A stretch of DNA of 57,410 nucleotides from Candidatus Methanomethylicus mesodigestus (GTDB lineage: Archaea > Thermoproteota > Methanomethylicia > Methanomethylicales > Methanomethylicaceae), in assembly GCA_001717005.1 (NCBI GenBank), contig MAGS01000087.1:15453-72862 (forward strand), in the 5' to 3' direction. The notes beneath the pieces were generated by a model. That model did not search any database. It saw only the letters and a program-made list of their open reading frames with translations, and was not told the origin of the DNA. How positions within the stretch are numbered: the stretch's first letter is position 1; each line of letters begins with the position of its first letter. A program made the position numbers and the translations under genes. Shown here piece by piece: positions 25,343 through 33,442 of this stretch.

Positions 25343-25981
25343 ATGATTCTGAAGTCGCTGGTCATGGCCGGTGGCAGAGGAAGCCGGCTGAATCTGGGCC
25401 TCGAAAAGCCGATGCTCAGGCTGAACGGGGTTCCAATGATCGACTTCGTCATCTCTGCGTTGGAAGGGGCGTCCTCAATCGACGAGATCTATGTGGCGGT
25501 CTCTGAGCGCACGCCGGCGACCGCGCGCCACCTCATGACGAGCGCACGCACGTGGGTGATAAAGACCGCAGGCACAGGTTACCATGAGGATCTGGCTCAG
25601 GCCATCCGAACAATAGGGTCATTCAATTGCCTGACGGTCTCTGCGGATCTGCCTGCCCTCAAACCCGGCGACATAGACTTCGTGGTCATGGAGTATGCCG
25701 CCCGCAGGAAGCCATCGCTCTCCGTAGTTGCCCCCGCGGAGGAGCTGCGCGCGAGAGGGATCGAACCTTTCTCTACCATCCGACTGAATGGGGAGGATGT
25801 AGTGCCATGCGGAATTAACGTCATCGATGGCTCAATGATCGGCGAGCGCTATATCGAAGAATCGATGCTCGTCGTTCATTCTCCTCGGTTCTTCGTGAAT
25901 ATAAACACCGTCCGTGATCTTGATCTACTGCGCGCCATCGAGGGGTTCGATTTCAGAGCCGCAGGCGGGGGTCACGGATAA
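25343..25981 (+). CDS. cobY: Adenosylcobinamide-phosphate guanylyltransferase, archaeal CobY type (NTP-transferase fold)
   Basis: LVMAGGRGSRL nucleotidyltransferase motif. About 210 aa. The ATG lies 2 nt after the cobS stop (the ORF track starts at 25325). Confidence 0.8.
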   Translation: MILKSLVMAGGRGSRLNLGLEKPMLRLNGVPMIDFVISALEGASSIDEIYVAVSERTPATARHLMTSARTWVIKTAGTGYHEDLAQAIRTIGSFNCLTVSADLPALKPGDIDFVVMEYAARRKPSLSVVAPAEELRARGIEPFSTIRLNGEDVVPCGINVIDGSMIGERYIEESMLVVHSPRFFVNINTVRDLDLLRAIEGFDFRAAGGGHG

Positions 25982-27242
25982 GTCGGGTTTCGCCATTCAC
26001 GATTCGTTGGTAAAGCTCCCCGCCGCCCAAGCAGCCCCCCTTGGCCAATTCCGTGAATATGGGCATCACAAGCCTTCCTGATACCCTGCCAAGTGCTCCC
26101 TTCATTGCCTCCCTCTCGCTGTACCTGTCGACGCCATCGCGGATGAGGTTCGGGGCCTCTATGCTCAACGGCACCGGGTCCGCGGTATGCTCACGGCACT
26201 CTGTGGATGTCGTGTGGTCGGCGATGATCATCAGGCAAGAATCCCCTCCGTCCAAGCCACCCCTGATTGCACCCACCATGCCGTTCATCCTCTTGATGAT
26301 TGATACCTTTCCGTCCATGTTTCCATCATGGCTAGCCTCATCTGCCCCCTGCACATGCACCAGTACGAAATCATGACCTCCTATCGCTCGAAGTGCCGCC
26401 TCTGCCTTCGCCTGCACGTCCGTGTTCAGATCGCCAGTTGCCCCCTCCACATTGCAAACTTTAAAACCGGAGAGCCTGCAGATCCCTTTGATGAGCGCGG
26501 TGCCCGAGACACACGCCCCCCTCAGACCAAATATGCTGCTGAACTGCTTAAGCGCGGCTGCAGACCCGCCGCCCCATGGTATGATCGCGTTGCACCTGCA
26601 TTCCCCTCCGTCACGGTCTACCCCCTTCAAACCTAGACCGGACAGGGTATCCTTGGCGCCCCGCACGAACTCATCGAGCACACCCGCCGCCTCCCTCTCC
26701 CTCTCGACCCGGCTGAGGCTGCACAAGACGGCGCCCGCCCTTGGCATCTGGCCCCAACTCTTGCATGACTGGTCGACCCCCCTCAATATCAGGATACCCT
26801 TGAAGCCCCCTGTGTGCCAGAAGCATAATTTCACACCCCTCGCACCGCGGAGCCGCATACCATCTATGGCACACTCGACCGCCTCCCCGTCCGTCTCTGA
26901 TATTGATACCCTAGGATCTATGACGGTACCAGTGCCGTCCACCCTCGCCAGGTTGCACCTGAACGCCAACTCTCCATGCCTTAAATCAATTCCCGCCCCG
27001 GCCGCCTCCAACGGCCCCCTGCCGGTGTATGATGCGGCTGGATCCTGCCCAAGTATCGTCAGGTGGGCGATGTCGCTTCCAGCGGCGATCCCCGGCGCTA
27101 CCGGGTCGAGAAGCCCGGATACGCCCCCGGAGGCAATTCCGTGGAAGTGAGCGGGGTCGGCAGCCTCCAGCGGCGTTCTATATCCTAGGCGTTCGATCGG
27201 AAGGTCCGCCATGCCATCACCCACTATCAGCACGCAACGCAA
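25953..27242 (-). CDS. Cofactor-independent phosphoglycerate mutase-like metalloenzyme (archaeal ApgM / alkaline-phosphatase superfamily)
   Basis: N-terminus [11 protein letters not shown]-terminal region [18 protein letters not shown]. About 429 aa. Its 3' end overlaps the cobY 3' end by 29 nt (convergent). Confidence 0.75.
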   Translation of the reverse strand: MRCVLIVGDGMADLPIERLGYRTPLEAADPAHFHGIASGGVSGLLDPVAPGIAAGSDIAHLTILGQDPAASYTGRGPLEAAGAGIDLRHGELAFRCNLARVDGTGTVIDPRVSISETDGEAVECAIDGMRLRGARGVKLCFWHTGGFKGILILRGVDQSCKSWGQMPRAGAVLCSLSRVEREREAAGVLDEFVRGAKDTLSGLGLKGVDRDGGECRCNAIIPWGGGSAAALKQFSSIFGLRGACVSGTALIKGICRLSGFKVCNVEGATGDLNTDVQAKAEAALRAIGGHDFVLVHVQGADEASHDGNMDGKVSIIKRMNGMVGAIRGGLDGGDSCLMIIADHTTSTECREHTADPVPLSIEAPNLIRDGVDRYSEREAMKGALGRVSGRLVMPIFTELAKGGCLGGGELYQRIVNGETRLIRDPRLRL

Positions 27243-27275
27243 GGGCCCCCCTCCATCTTGGTTAATCGCCGCGCA

Positions 27276-27308
27276 AAACTTATTAAGTTTTGGATGGATA
27301 ATCCATCC
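27276..27308 (+). promoter_or_regulatory. Conserved promoter/operator block B (CTTATTA box plus perfect palindrome GGATGGAT-A-ATCCATCC) in the divergent apgM-like/cobT intergenic region
   Basis: 28 of 33 positions are identical to 16506-16538. The 8+1+8 perfect dyad lies at 27292-27308, 37 nt before the TTG start of the cobT-like gene. Confidence 0.6.
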
Positions 27309-27344
27309 GACGAGATTATGCCGCTTTAACTGAAGGAATCTTCG

Positions 27345-28460
27345 TTGGAGAAAGTCTATGACGTAATCCTTGCCAGAAACCCCCCGCGGGGACGGGCTTT
27401 CATAAACCGGATAGCTGGCGCCCTTCCCCTCTTCCTGTTGGCGCTAGGCACAACAGACACCGCCAAGATCCCGTCGATATCCGCGGCAGGCGCCACCCCT
27501 GAGATTACAGACTTCACGCCGCCGGCTGACGCGGAGCTTCTCTATTATGGCAGGTGCAGGTGCATATCCGGCGTCCCCATCACGCCCGAAGGCATCCCGA
27601 CCCCCGCGCTCATAACAAGGTCTGCGCTCAGGTTGGCCGGAATGCCCTCGATTGTGGCAGTCGGGGGCCTCCGGGTGGCCCCTTCCATCCCATTCATCAA
27701 CCTAGGGGGGTTGCCTGGCATGGACATCAAGACCGGCTGCGCCGTCAAGGATGCGGCGGAGGTCCTAGAGAAGGCAACTATCGCCGGAGACCACCTCACC
27801 AGAAACTCCGATTACGTAGTCGTCGGGGAGAGCGCACCCGGCGGGACGACCACTGCCCTCGGCGTCCTCGTTTCAATGGGTTACGACGCGTGGGGCAAGG
27901 TGAGCAGCAGCATGCCCCGTAACCCCCACAAACTCAAGAGGAGCGTCGTTGAGACCGCCCTGACAAGCGCCTGTCTCCGTGAGGGCTCTCTGCGCAATGA
28001 CCCTCTGAAAGCCATCTCATGCGTGGGGGATTCGATGATGCCCGCCGCTGCCGGGCTCATACTCGGGGCGGCAAGGAATGTGCCGGTAATCATGGCTGGA
28101 GGCACGCAGATGGCGGCGCTCCTCGCCATCGTCAACTCCATGAATCCAGCCTTGGCAGGCAACCTCGCCATAGGAACGACCCGGTGGCTCATTGAAGACG
28201 GCACCTCCGACCTGATTGGGCTCGTTTCCCAGATTGCCGATATCCCCGTTCTGGCAGCGGATATGAACTTCAGCAAATCCCGCTTTGCTGGACTCCAGGC
28301 GTATGAGAGGGGCGTGGTGAAAGAAGGCGCAGGGGCTGGAGGGTCCGCAATTGCTGCAATGGCTTGGTCGCATGGGCGGATCACGGGAGATGCCCTCCTG
28401 CATGAAATGGAGGCGGGCTATGAATCGCTTGTCGGCCTAGGCAAGCAAGGGGAGCGATGA
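27345..28460 (+). CDS. cobT: Archaeal-type nicotinate-nucleotide:dimethylbenzimidazole phosphoribosyltransferase (CobT homolog, UPF0284/MJ1598 family)
   Basis: Family blocks are present: TAKIPSISAAGATPE, IPTPALITRS and VGESAPGGTTTALGVL. The only in-frame start after the upstream stop is TTG at 27345. Confidence 0.8.
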   Translation: MEKVYDVILARNPPRGRAFINRIAGALPLFLLALGTTDTAKIPSISAAGATPEITDFTPPADAELLYYGRCRCISGVPITPEGIPTPALITRSALRLAGMPSIVAVGGLRVAPSIPFINLGGLPGMDIKTGCAVKDAAEVLEKATIAGDHLTRNSDYVVVGESAPGGTTTALGVLVSMGYDAWGKVSSSMPRNPHKLKRSVVETALTSACLREGSLRNDPLKAISCVGDSMMPAAAGLILGAARNVPVIMAGGTQMAALLAIVNSMNPALAGNLAIGTTRWLIEDGTSDLIGLVSQIADIPVLAADMNFSKSRFAGLQAYERGVVKEGAGAGGSAIAAMAWSHGRITGDALLHEMEAGYESLVGLGKQGER

Positions 28461-29254
28461 CGATGACGGCGATGCGCCGCCGATGCAAACCCCGCTCCAC
28501 AGCGGGCAAGACCGAGGATCTGCTGGCCGCCTCGTTTGAAGACATAGCCATAATTGGGGGAGGCAAATACGGCTCGAAGGCAATCAAGGCGCTCAGGGAT
28601 CGTGCTCGAAGTATTGTTGTTATAGACAACGACCCGTTCTGTCCAGCCAGCTCGCAATCTGATCGCGTCTGCGGCTTGGACGACCGCGCCATATTCGCCG
28701 GCGGCACCTCATTCATTTTGGCGGATGGCGCATCTGCCCTCTTGCACATGCTCTCCTCAGGCGCAGTGCCCGACTACGTGATTCCATGCGCGCCGCAGAA
28801 CGTGATGGCCCAGCTCTTCAAGGCATGGGCGGCAAGCAAGGGCCTCCTGGCTATCTCCGACGAGGAGGAGACCCGGCGTGCACGCCATTCCGTGCCGAAG
28901 GAGGTGCTTGTGCGAGAGGATGCAGAGCGGGGACTCATCGTAACGAGCTTCTCTAACGGAAAGCCCTGCTCTCCCCTGTGTTTGGAAGGCGATTACTGCC
29001 CCATAAGCGGTGAGTCGAGGCCGACGTCGATGTTCGCCCTGCTTTCAAGCAAAATCAAGGGGGATGCCTGCATGATCTTCCAGAGCCGCCTTCTGGCGCC
29101 TGAGGTGGGCGGTATCGGCGGGCGCGATATCGCCGACGCATTCAGCTCCCTCTCGCCCAAACTCTGCGACGGGACCAGACTGGCAATAGGGACTGCCTGC
29201 GCATGCCACGGCATAATCGACTTCATGTCGCTCAGGCGCTCGCTGCGCGCGTAG
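28457..29254 (+). CDS. Hypothetical protein: KTN/TrkA-N-like NAD-binding domain plus Cys-rich C-terminal region
   Basis: IAIIGGGKYGSKAIKAL...IVVIDNDP resembles a Rossmann/KTN domain. Later Cys motifs are CSPLCLEGDYCP and CACHG. ATGA overlap with the cobT stop. Ends in TAG. Confidence 0.55.
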   Translation: MTMTAMRRRCKPRSTAGKTEDLLAASFEDIAIIGGGKYGSKAIKALRDRARSIVVIDNDPFCPASSQSDRVCGLDDRAIFAGGTSFILADGASALLHMLSSGAVPDYVIPCAPQNVMAQLFKAWAASKGLLAISDEEETRRARHSVPKEVLVREDAERGLIVTSFSNGKPCSPLCLEGDYCPISGESRPTSMFALLSSKIKGDACMIFQSRLLAPEVGGIGGRDIADAFSSLSPKLCDGTRLAIGTACACHGIIDFMSLRRSLRA

Positions 29255-29358
29255 CCGGCTCTAACGCACCGAGTGTTTCGTGTCGGCAACCCTGTGGCAA
29301 TAAATCGTTTTACCATTAACAAAGAGGTTATAAGCCATTCAGGGGATATGTTATATGG

Positions 29359-29601
29359 GTGTTAGAGGTGCCGCTGGCATTCGTTTTAGTGAATGTTGAG
29401 GCCGGGACCGACAAGGAGGTCCTTGCAAACCTGAAGAAGGTCCCTGAAGTCAAGTCTGCCTACATGGTCTATGGCGTGTACGACATCGTTGTAATGATAG
29501 AGTCCGACACACTCGAGCGTCTCCGCGAGATGGTGACCAAGAAGGTCCGCCAGCTAGACAAAGTACGCTCAACTATGACCATGATCGTGATGGAGAGCTG
29601 A
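29359..29601 (+). CDS. Stand-alone Lrp/AsnC-type ligand-binding (RAM) domain protein
   Basis: 80 aa. AFVLVNVEAG...VKSAYMVYGVYDIVVMIE follows the pattern of the AsnC C-terminal domain. GTG start. Confidence 0.65.
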   Translation: MLEVPLAFVLVNVEAGTDKEVLANLKKVPEVKSAYMVYGVYDIVVMIESDTLERLREMVTKKVRQLDKVRSTMTMIVMES

Positions 29602-29660
29602 GCTTAGCTGATAAGGGCGAAGCACAAAATATAAAAACCCCCGCTTTTTCTTATATTTCG

Positions 29661-29785
29661 GTGCGCCGGCCATAGTTGGTGGGAACCACCCGTTCCCATT
29701 CCGAACACGGCAGTTAAACCACCATACGTCTGTGGCGGTACTGGACGCCGAGAGGGTCCGGGAACCCACGGAAGCTGGCGGCCAC
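29661..29785 (+). rRNA. rrf: 5S ribosomal RNA (unlinked to 16S/23S in this window)
   Basis: ccatag...cccgttcccattccgaacacggcagttaaac...gtactgg...gggaac core. Helix I pairs 29664-29670 with 29774-29780. A TATA-like aaaatataaaaa lies ~29 nt upstream. Confidence 0.9.
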
Positions 29786-29844
29786 TTATTTATCCCCAAA
29801 ATAAATATATCTGAGCCGATGATTCTCTAACAAGTTAATCCGTT

Positions 29845-30984
29845 TTGATGTGGTGCTACGAAGTGGTTACAATAACTCAGCTGTTCGATCTTGGCGGCGA
29901 TGCCACCTCTATGCTCTTCAACGTCATATGGATGGTCGTATTCTTCGTATTCATACTCTTCTTCAACCAGCGTATGCAGATCATCACCTACCAGCGGAAC
30001 GTGGAGAAGGCCGTCGACCGGCTGCAGGCGATGTCTGACAAGAGCCGCGAGGACATATTCAAGGTCGTCAAGCCGTTCAACGCCGAGAACGCCGACATAA
30101 GGGCGAGCGTGAACAACTATCTGGAGTTCTTCACTATTGAGCCGGTCTCGCTGGACCCGTTCGGGGTCCTCGGGAGGCTGGAGCACATCCTGGACGTAAG
30201 AAGGGAGCGCTCCATGCTCTTCGTCTCGCAGGTCGCGCCGAAGGCCGACAAGCACCAGAAGGCCAACATAGAGGACGTCATAGAGGCCGCGACCGCGGTC
30301 AACTACATCTACAAAGTGATAAGGCACTACCTCCTGCTCGGCAAGAAGACCAAGAGCCTCATGATATTCGTCCAGCTCGACATGCAGCTGCCCATGATCA
30401 TGAAGCAGGCGGAGGCATACTACACCGCACAGCGGACGTTCGCAGCGGCGAAGCCCATAGGCGACGGGCTCGGGCCGCTCGTGGCCGCCAAGTTCATGGT
30501 CGGCTCCCCGAAGGAGGCGATAGCCGAGGAGGTCGTCTACTCCCAGGTTGATGTCCTGGGCCGCAAGGCGTACGTCCTCAAGGCAGAGGGCCCAGGAGGA
30601 GTTGTGGGCAAGCCGGGCGAAGCAGTGAAGCAGCTGATCGAGAAGCTCGGCGGCAAGGTCAACCGCGTCATAATGATCGATGCAGGTCTGAAGCTCGAAG
30701 GCGAGAACACCGGAGAGGTCGTCGACGGCGTAGGCGCCGCGATAGGCGACCCGGGCCCCGAGAAGTTCAAGATAGAGGATGCCTGCGTCAAGTACAAGAT
30801 ACCCCTCGACGCAATAATCTGCAAGATGAGCCTCGAGGACGCGCTGACGACTATGAAGAAGGAGGTCGTCGAGTCTTCGGAGACCGTCTACGAGAGGGTG
30901 AAGCAGGCGATAAAAGAACGCACCAAGGAGGGCGACACCGTCATAGTTGCCGGCATAGGCAACACCATGGCGGTAGGCCAGTGA
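29845..30984 (+). CDS. Conserved archaeal membrane-anchored protein (DUF1512-like)
   Basis: N-terminal TM helix (VIWMVVFFVFILFF) followed by a ~330-aa soluble domain. The family assignment is from memory only. Confidence 0.5.
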   Translation: MMWCYEVVTITQLFDLGGDATSMLFNVIWMVVFFVFILFFNQRMQIITYQRNVEKAVDRLQAMSDKSREDIFKVVKPFNAENADIRASVNNYLEFFTIEPVSLDPFGVLGRLEHILDVRRERSMLFVSQVAPKADKHQKANIEDVIEAATAVNYIYKVIRHYLLLGKKTKSLMIFVQLDMQLPMIMKQAEAYYTAQRTFAAAKPIGDGLGPLVAAKFMVGSPKEAIAEEVVYSQVDVLGRKAYVLKAEGPGGVVGKPGEAVKQLIEKLGGKVNRVIMIDAGLKLEGENTGEVVDGVGAAIGDPGPEKFKIEDACVKYKIPLDAIICKMSLEDALTTMKKEVVESSETVYERVKQAIKERTKEGDTVIVAGIGNTMAVGQ

Positions 30985-30985
30985 G

Positions 30986-31420
30986 GTGTCTGAGATGACA
31001 ATCCGTTTCCCAACCCGCGCTTCAACTTCCGATCAACCAAAGTCCAATGGCAAGCCGAGACCGCCGAAGTACGCCATGCTCTCTGTAGCGTTTGCGATCG
31101 GGGCGATCGTGCTCTTCCTCCTCGCCTCACTCATCGACTCGGTCCAAGATTACTCGATGTACATCCTCATAATAGGCGCAGCGCTGCTGGTGGCGTCTTG
31201 GGGGATCTACTTCTTTGTCGGAAAGCCGTCGTCCAAGAAGGCCCTTCCGGATGAGAGGGAGAACGTCATAACCGTCATCGGCTGCAAGGGCTGCGACAAG
31301 CGCGAGGAGCGCGCCTTCGAGACCGGCGACTTCATGTTCAAGGAGCTCGGACCATGCGCGAAGTGCTCCGGCGTGTCGTTCATCAAGGCGATATACCTTA
31401 TCCCGACAAAGAAGGAATGA
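30986..31420 (+). CDS. Small membrane protein with C-terminal zinc ribbon
   Basis: Two TM helices, then CKGCDK...CAKCSG. Starts 1 nt after the preceding stop. Confidence 0.5.
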   Translation: MSEMTIRFPTRASTSDQPKSNGKPRPPKYAMLSVAFAIGAIVLFLLASLIDSVQDYSMYILIIGAALLVASWGIYFFVGKPSSKKALPDERENVITVIGCKGCDKREERAFETGDFMFKELGPCAKCSGVSFIKAIYLIPTKKE

Positions 31421-31446
31421 AATGCTGAATAAGGCTCTGAACAAAG

Positions 31447-31923
31447 ATGAAGAGGCTCTCACTAGCTGCCCTCGGCGGCACCTTCGACCATCTCCACAGA
31501 GGCCATAAGAGGCTCCTGCAGACCGCCTTCCGCGTCGGCGACAGCGTCCTCATAGGCATAACCTCCGACGACTTCGTGGTGAAGTCCGGGAAGACCGGGA
31601 TCCAGCCGTTGCAGCACAGGATGGACGTTATGAGGTCGTTCTTGGGCTCCAAGCGTCTCCTCGGCCGGGCCTCGTTCCATGTCCTCGAGGACCAGTACGG
31701 TCCCGTCGTGACGGACCCCTCGTTCGACATCCTTGTCGTGAGCGAAGGCACGGCCAAGGGCGGATACGCCGCGAACGCCGTCCGCGCGGAGAGGGGGATG
31801 CCGCCTATGAAGATCAAGGTAGTCAAGTTCGTGCTGGCCGAGGACGGCGCGCCCATCTCGTCTACGCGAATCAGAAATAGAGAAATAGACGAGAACGGCA
31901 AACTCTTAATTCACAGCCGGTGA
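31447..31923 (+). CDS. coaD: Phosphopantetheine adenylyltransferase, archaeal type (cytidylyltransferase fold)
   Basis: GGTFDHLHRGHKRLL (the HxGH motif of the nucleotidyltransferase superfamily). About 158 aa. Confidence 0.8.
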   Translation: MKRLSLAALGGTFDHLHRGHKRLLQTAFRVGDSVLIGITSDDFVVKSGKTGIQPLQHRMDVMRSFLGSKRLLGRASFHVLEDQYGPVVTDPSFDILVVSEGTAKGGYAANAVRAERGMPPMKIKVVKFVLAEDGAPISSTRIRNREIDENGKLLIHSR

Positions 31924-31969
31924 ATGATGTTACCGTGCACGATCACAAACTCGTAAAGGAGGGCCTGCC

Positions 31970-33439
31970 ATGTCCTTGAGCCAGTCCGAAGCATCACTGT
32001 TGGAATGCCTCGAGCGGATGGGCGGCAAGGCGGACGCCGCCGCGCTCGCCAGCAAGCTCGGGCTCCCCGAGAGCTCAATCTTCCCGCTGTCGAGCCTTCT
32101 GTCGACAAAGGGGTACGTAACCCTCACCGAGGAGGTTAACGAGCGCTTCCGCCTCACCGAGGAGGGCGAGCGCTGCGCCAAGGAGGGGATGCCTGAGACC
32201 CGCGTCATGGGAATGCTAGAGTCACGTGGCGGCTCCGCGCCGCTGACCGACGTGAGCGCCGCGCTCAGGCCCAACGAGGTCTCTGCGGCGCTGGGGTGGG
32301 GCAGGAAGACCGGCGCATTCGCGATCGAGAGGAGGGACGCCACGTCTGTCCTCGTCCTCAAGGCAGCCAAACAGTCCGAACTCGACGCCGCAATCAGGCG
32401 CATGAAGGAGGGGGGCGACACCTCCCGGCTCAGCAAAGAAGACCAGGCCCTCGCGGTCCAGCTCAAGTCGAGGGGGCTCCTTGAGATGAAGGAGGTCAAG
32501 AGGCTCACGCTCGCGGCCGTGCCGGGGAAGCACGCCGCCGAGGTCTCGCTCAACCTCCTCTCGTCCGAGATCATCAGGAGCGGCAGATGGAAGGAGGTAA
32601 CGCTCCGCCCGTACGATGTCCGCGCCTCCCCGCCATCGCTGAAGATAGGCAAGAGGCACCCGTACATCGCCTTCCTCGAGGAGACCAAGGAGATCTTCAT
32701 ATCGATGGGGTTCGAGGAGACCTCCGGGCCGTTCGTCGAGACCGAGTTCTGGAACTTTGACGTGCTCTTTCAGGCGCAGGACCACCCCGCCCGGGCCATC
32801 CACGACAGCTTTCAGGTCCGCGGCGTCGAGCAGGGCATAGATGCGCCCGAAGACCTCGTCCAGAGGGTGAAGGCCACCCATGAATCCGGGGGCGGCACGG
32901 GCTCGCGCGGCTGGGGCTACTCCTGGGACCTCAAGATAGCGGCACAGCCGCTGCTCAGGACCCAGATGACCGTCGAATCGGTGAGGTACCTCGCATCGCA
33001 CAAGGAGCCGCCCGTGAAGGCGTTCTCCCTCTCGAAGGTATTCCGGCCCGACGTCATCGACGCGCGCCACATGATCGAGTTCAGCCAGCTCGACGGGATC
33101 GTGGGAGGGGAAGGGATCAACGTCAGGCACCTCCTGGGCGTGCTGAAGGAGTTCGGGCACCGTCTGGGATTCGACGACATCAAGTTCAAGCCGAGCTACT
33201 TCCCGTTCACTGAGCCGAGCATAGAGGCCTACATCAAGCACCCGACGCTGGGGTGGATCGAGTGCCTGGGGTCCGGGCTGTTCCGGCCGGAGGTCCTTGC
33301 CCCCCTCGGGATCAAGTTCCCCGTCATAGCGTGGGGCATAGGCATAGACCGCTTCGCAATGATAAGGCTCGGCCTCAACGACATAAGGGACCTCAACACT
33401 ACCAGCCTCGAGAAGCTGAGGCAGTGGGGGTGGTGGTGA
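31970..33439 (+). CDS. pheS: Phenylalanine--tRNA ligase alpha subunit
   Basis: Archaeal N-terminal wHTH repeats plus a class II core: FRPDVIDARHMIEFSQLDG and GIGIDRFAMI. Confidence 0.95.
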   Translation: MSLSQSEASLLECLERMGGKADAAALASKLGLPESSIFPLSSLLSTKGYVTLTEEVNERFRLTEEGERCAKEGMPETRVMGMLESRGGSAPLTDVSAALRPNEVSAALGWGRKTGAFAIERRDATSVLVLKAAKQSELDAAIRRMKEGGDTSRLSKEDQALAVQLKSRGLLEMKEVKRLTLAAVPGKHAAEVSLNLLSSEIIRSGRWKEVTLRPYDVRASPPSLKIGKRHPYIAFLEETKEIFISMGFEETSGPFVETEFWNFDVLFQAQDHPARAIHDSFQVRGVEQGIDAPEDLVQRVKATHESGGGTGSRGWGYSWDLKIAAQPLLRTQMTVESVRYLASHKEPPVKAFSLSKVFRPDVIDARHMIEFSQLDGIVGGEGINVRHLLGVLKEFGHRLGFDDIKFKPSYFPFTEPSIEAYIKHPTLGWIECLGSGLFRPEVLAPLGIKFPVIAWGIGIDRFAMIRLGLNDIRDLNTTSLEKLRQWGWW

Positions 33440-33442
33440 CCC

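Noticed and set aside
29569-29799. A 76-aa minus-strand ORF, and ORFs at 45627-45915, lying over the non-coding RNA genes.
   Set aside because: They overlap the 5S rRNA and SRP RNA sequences, which have clear RNA signatures. They have no coding features.
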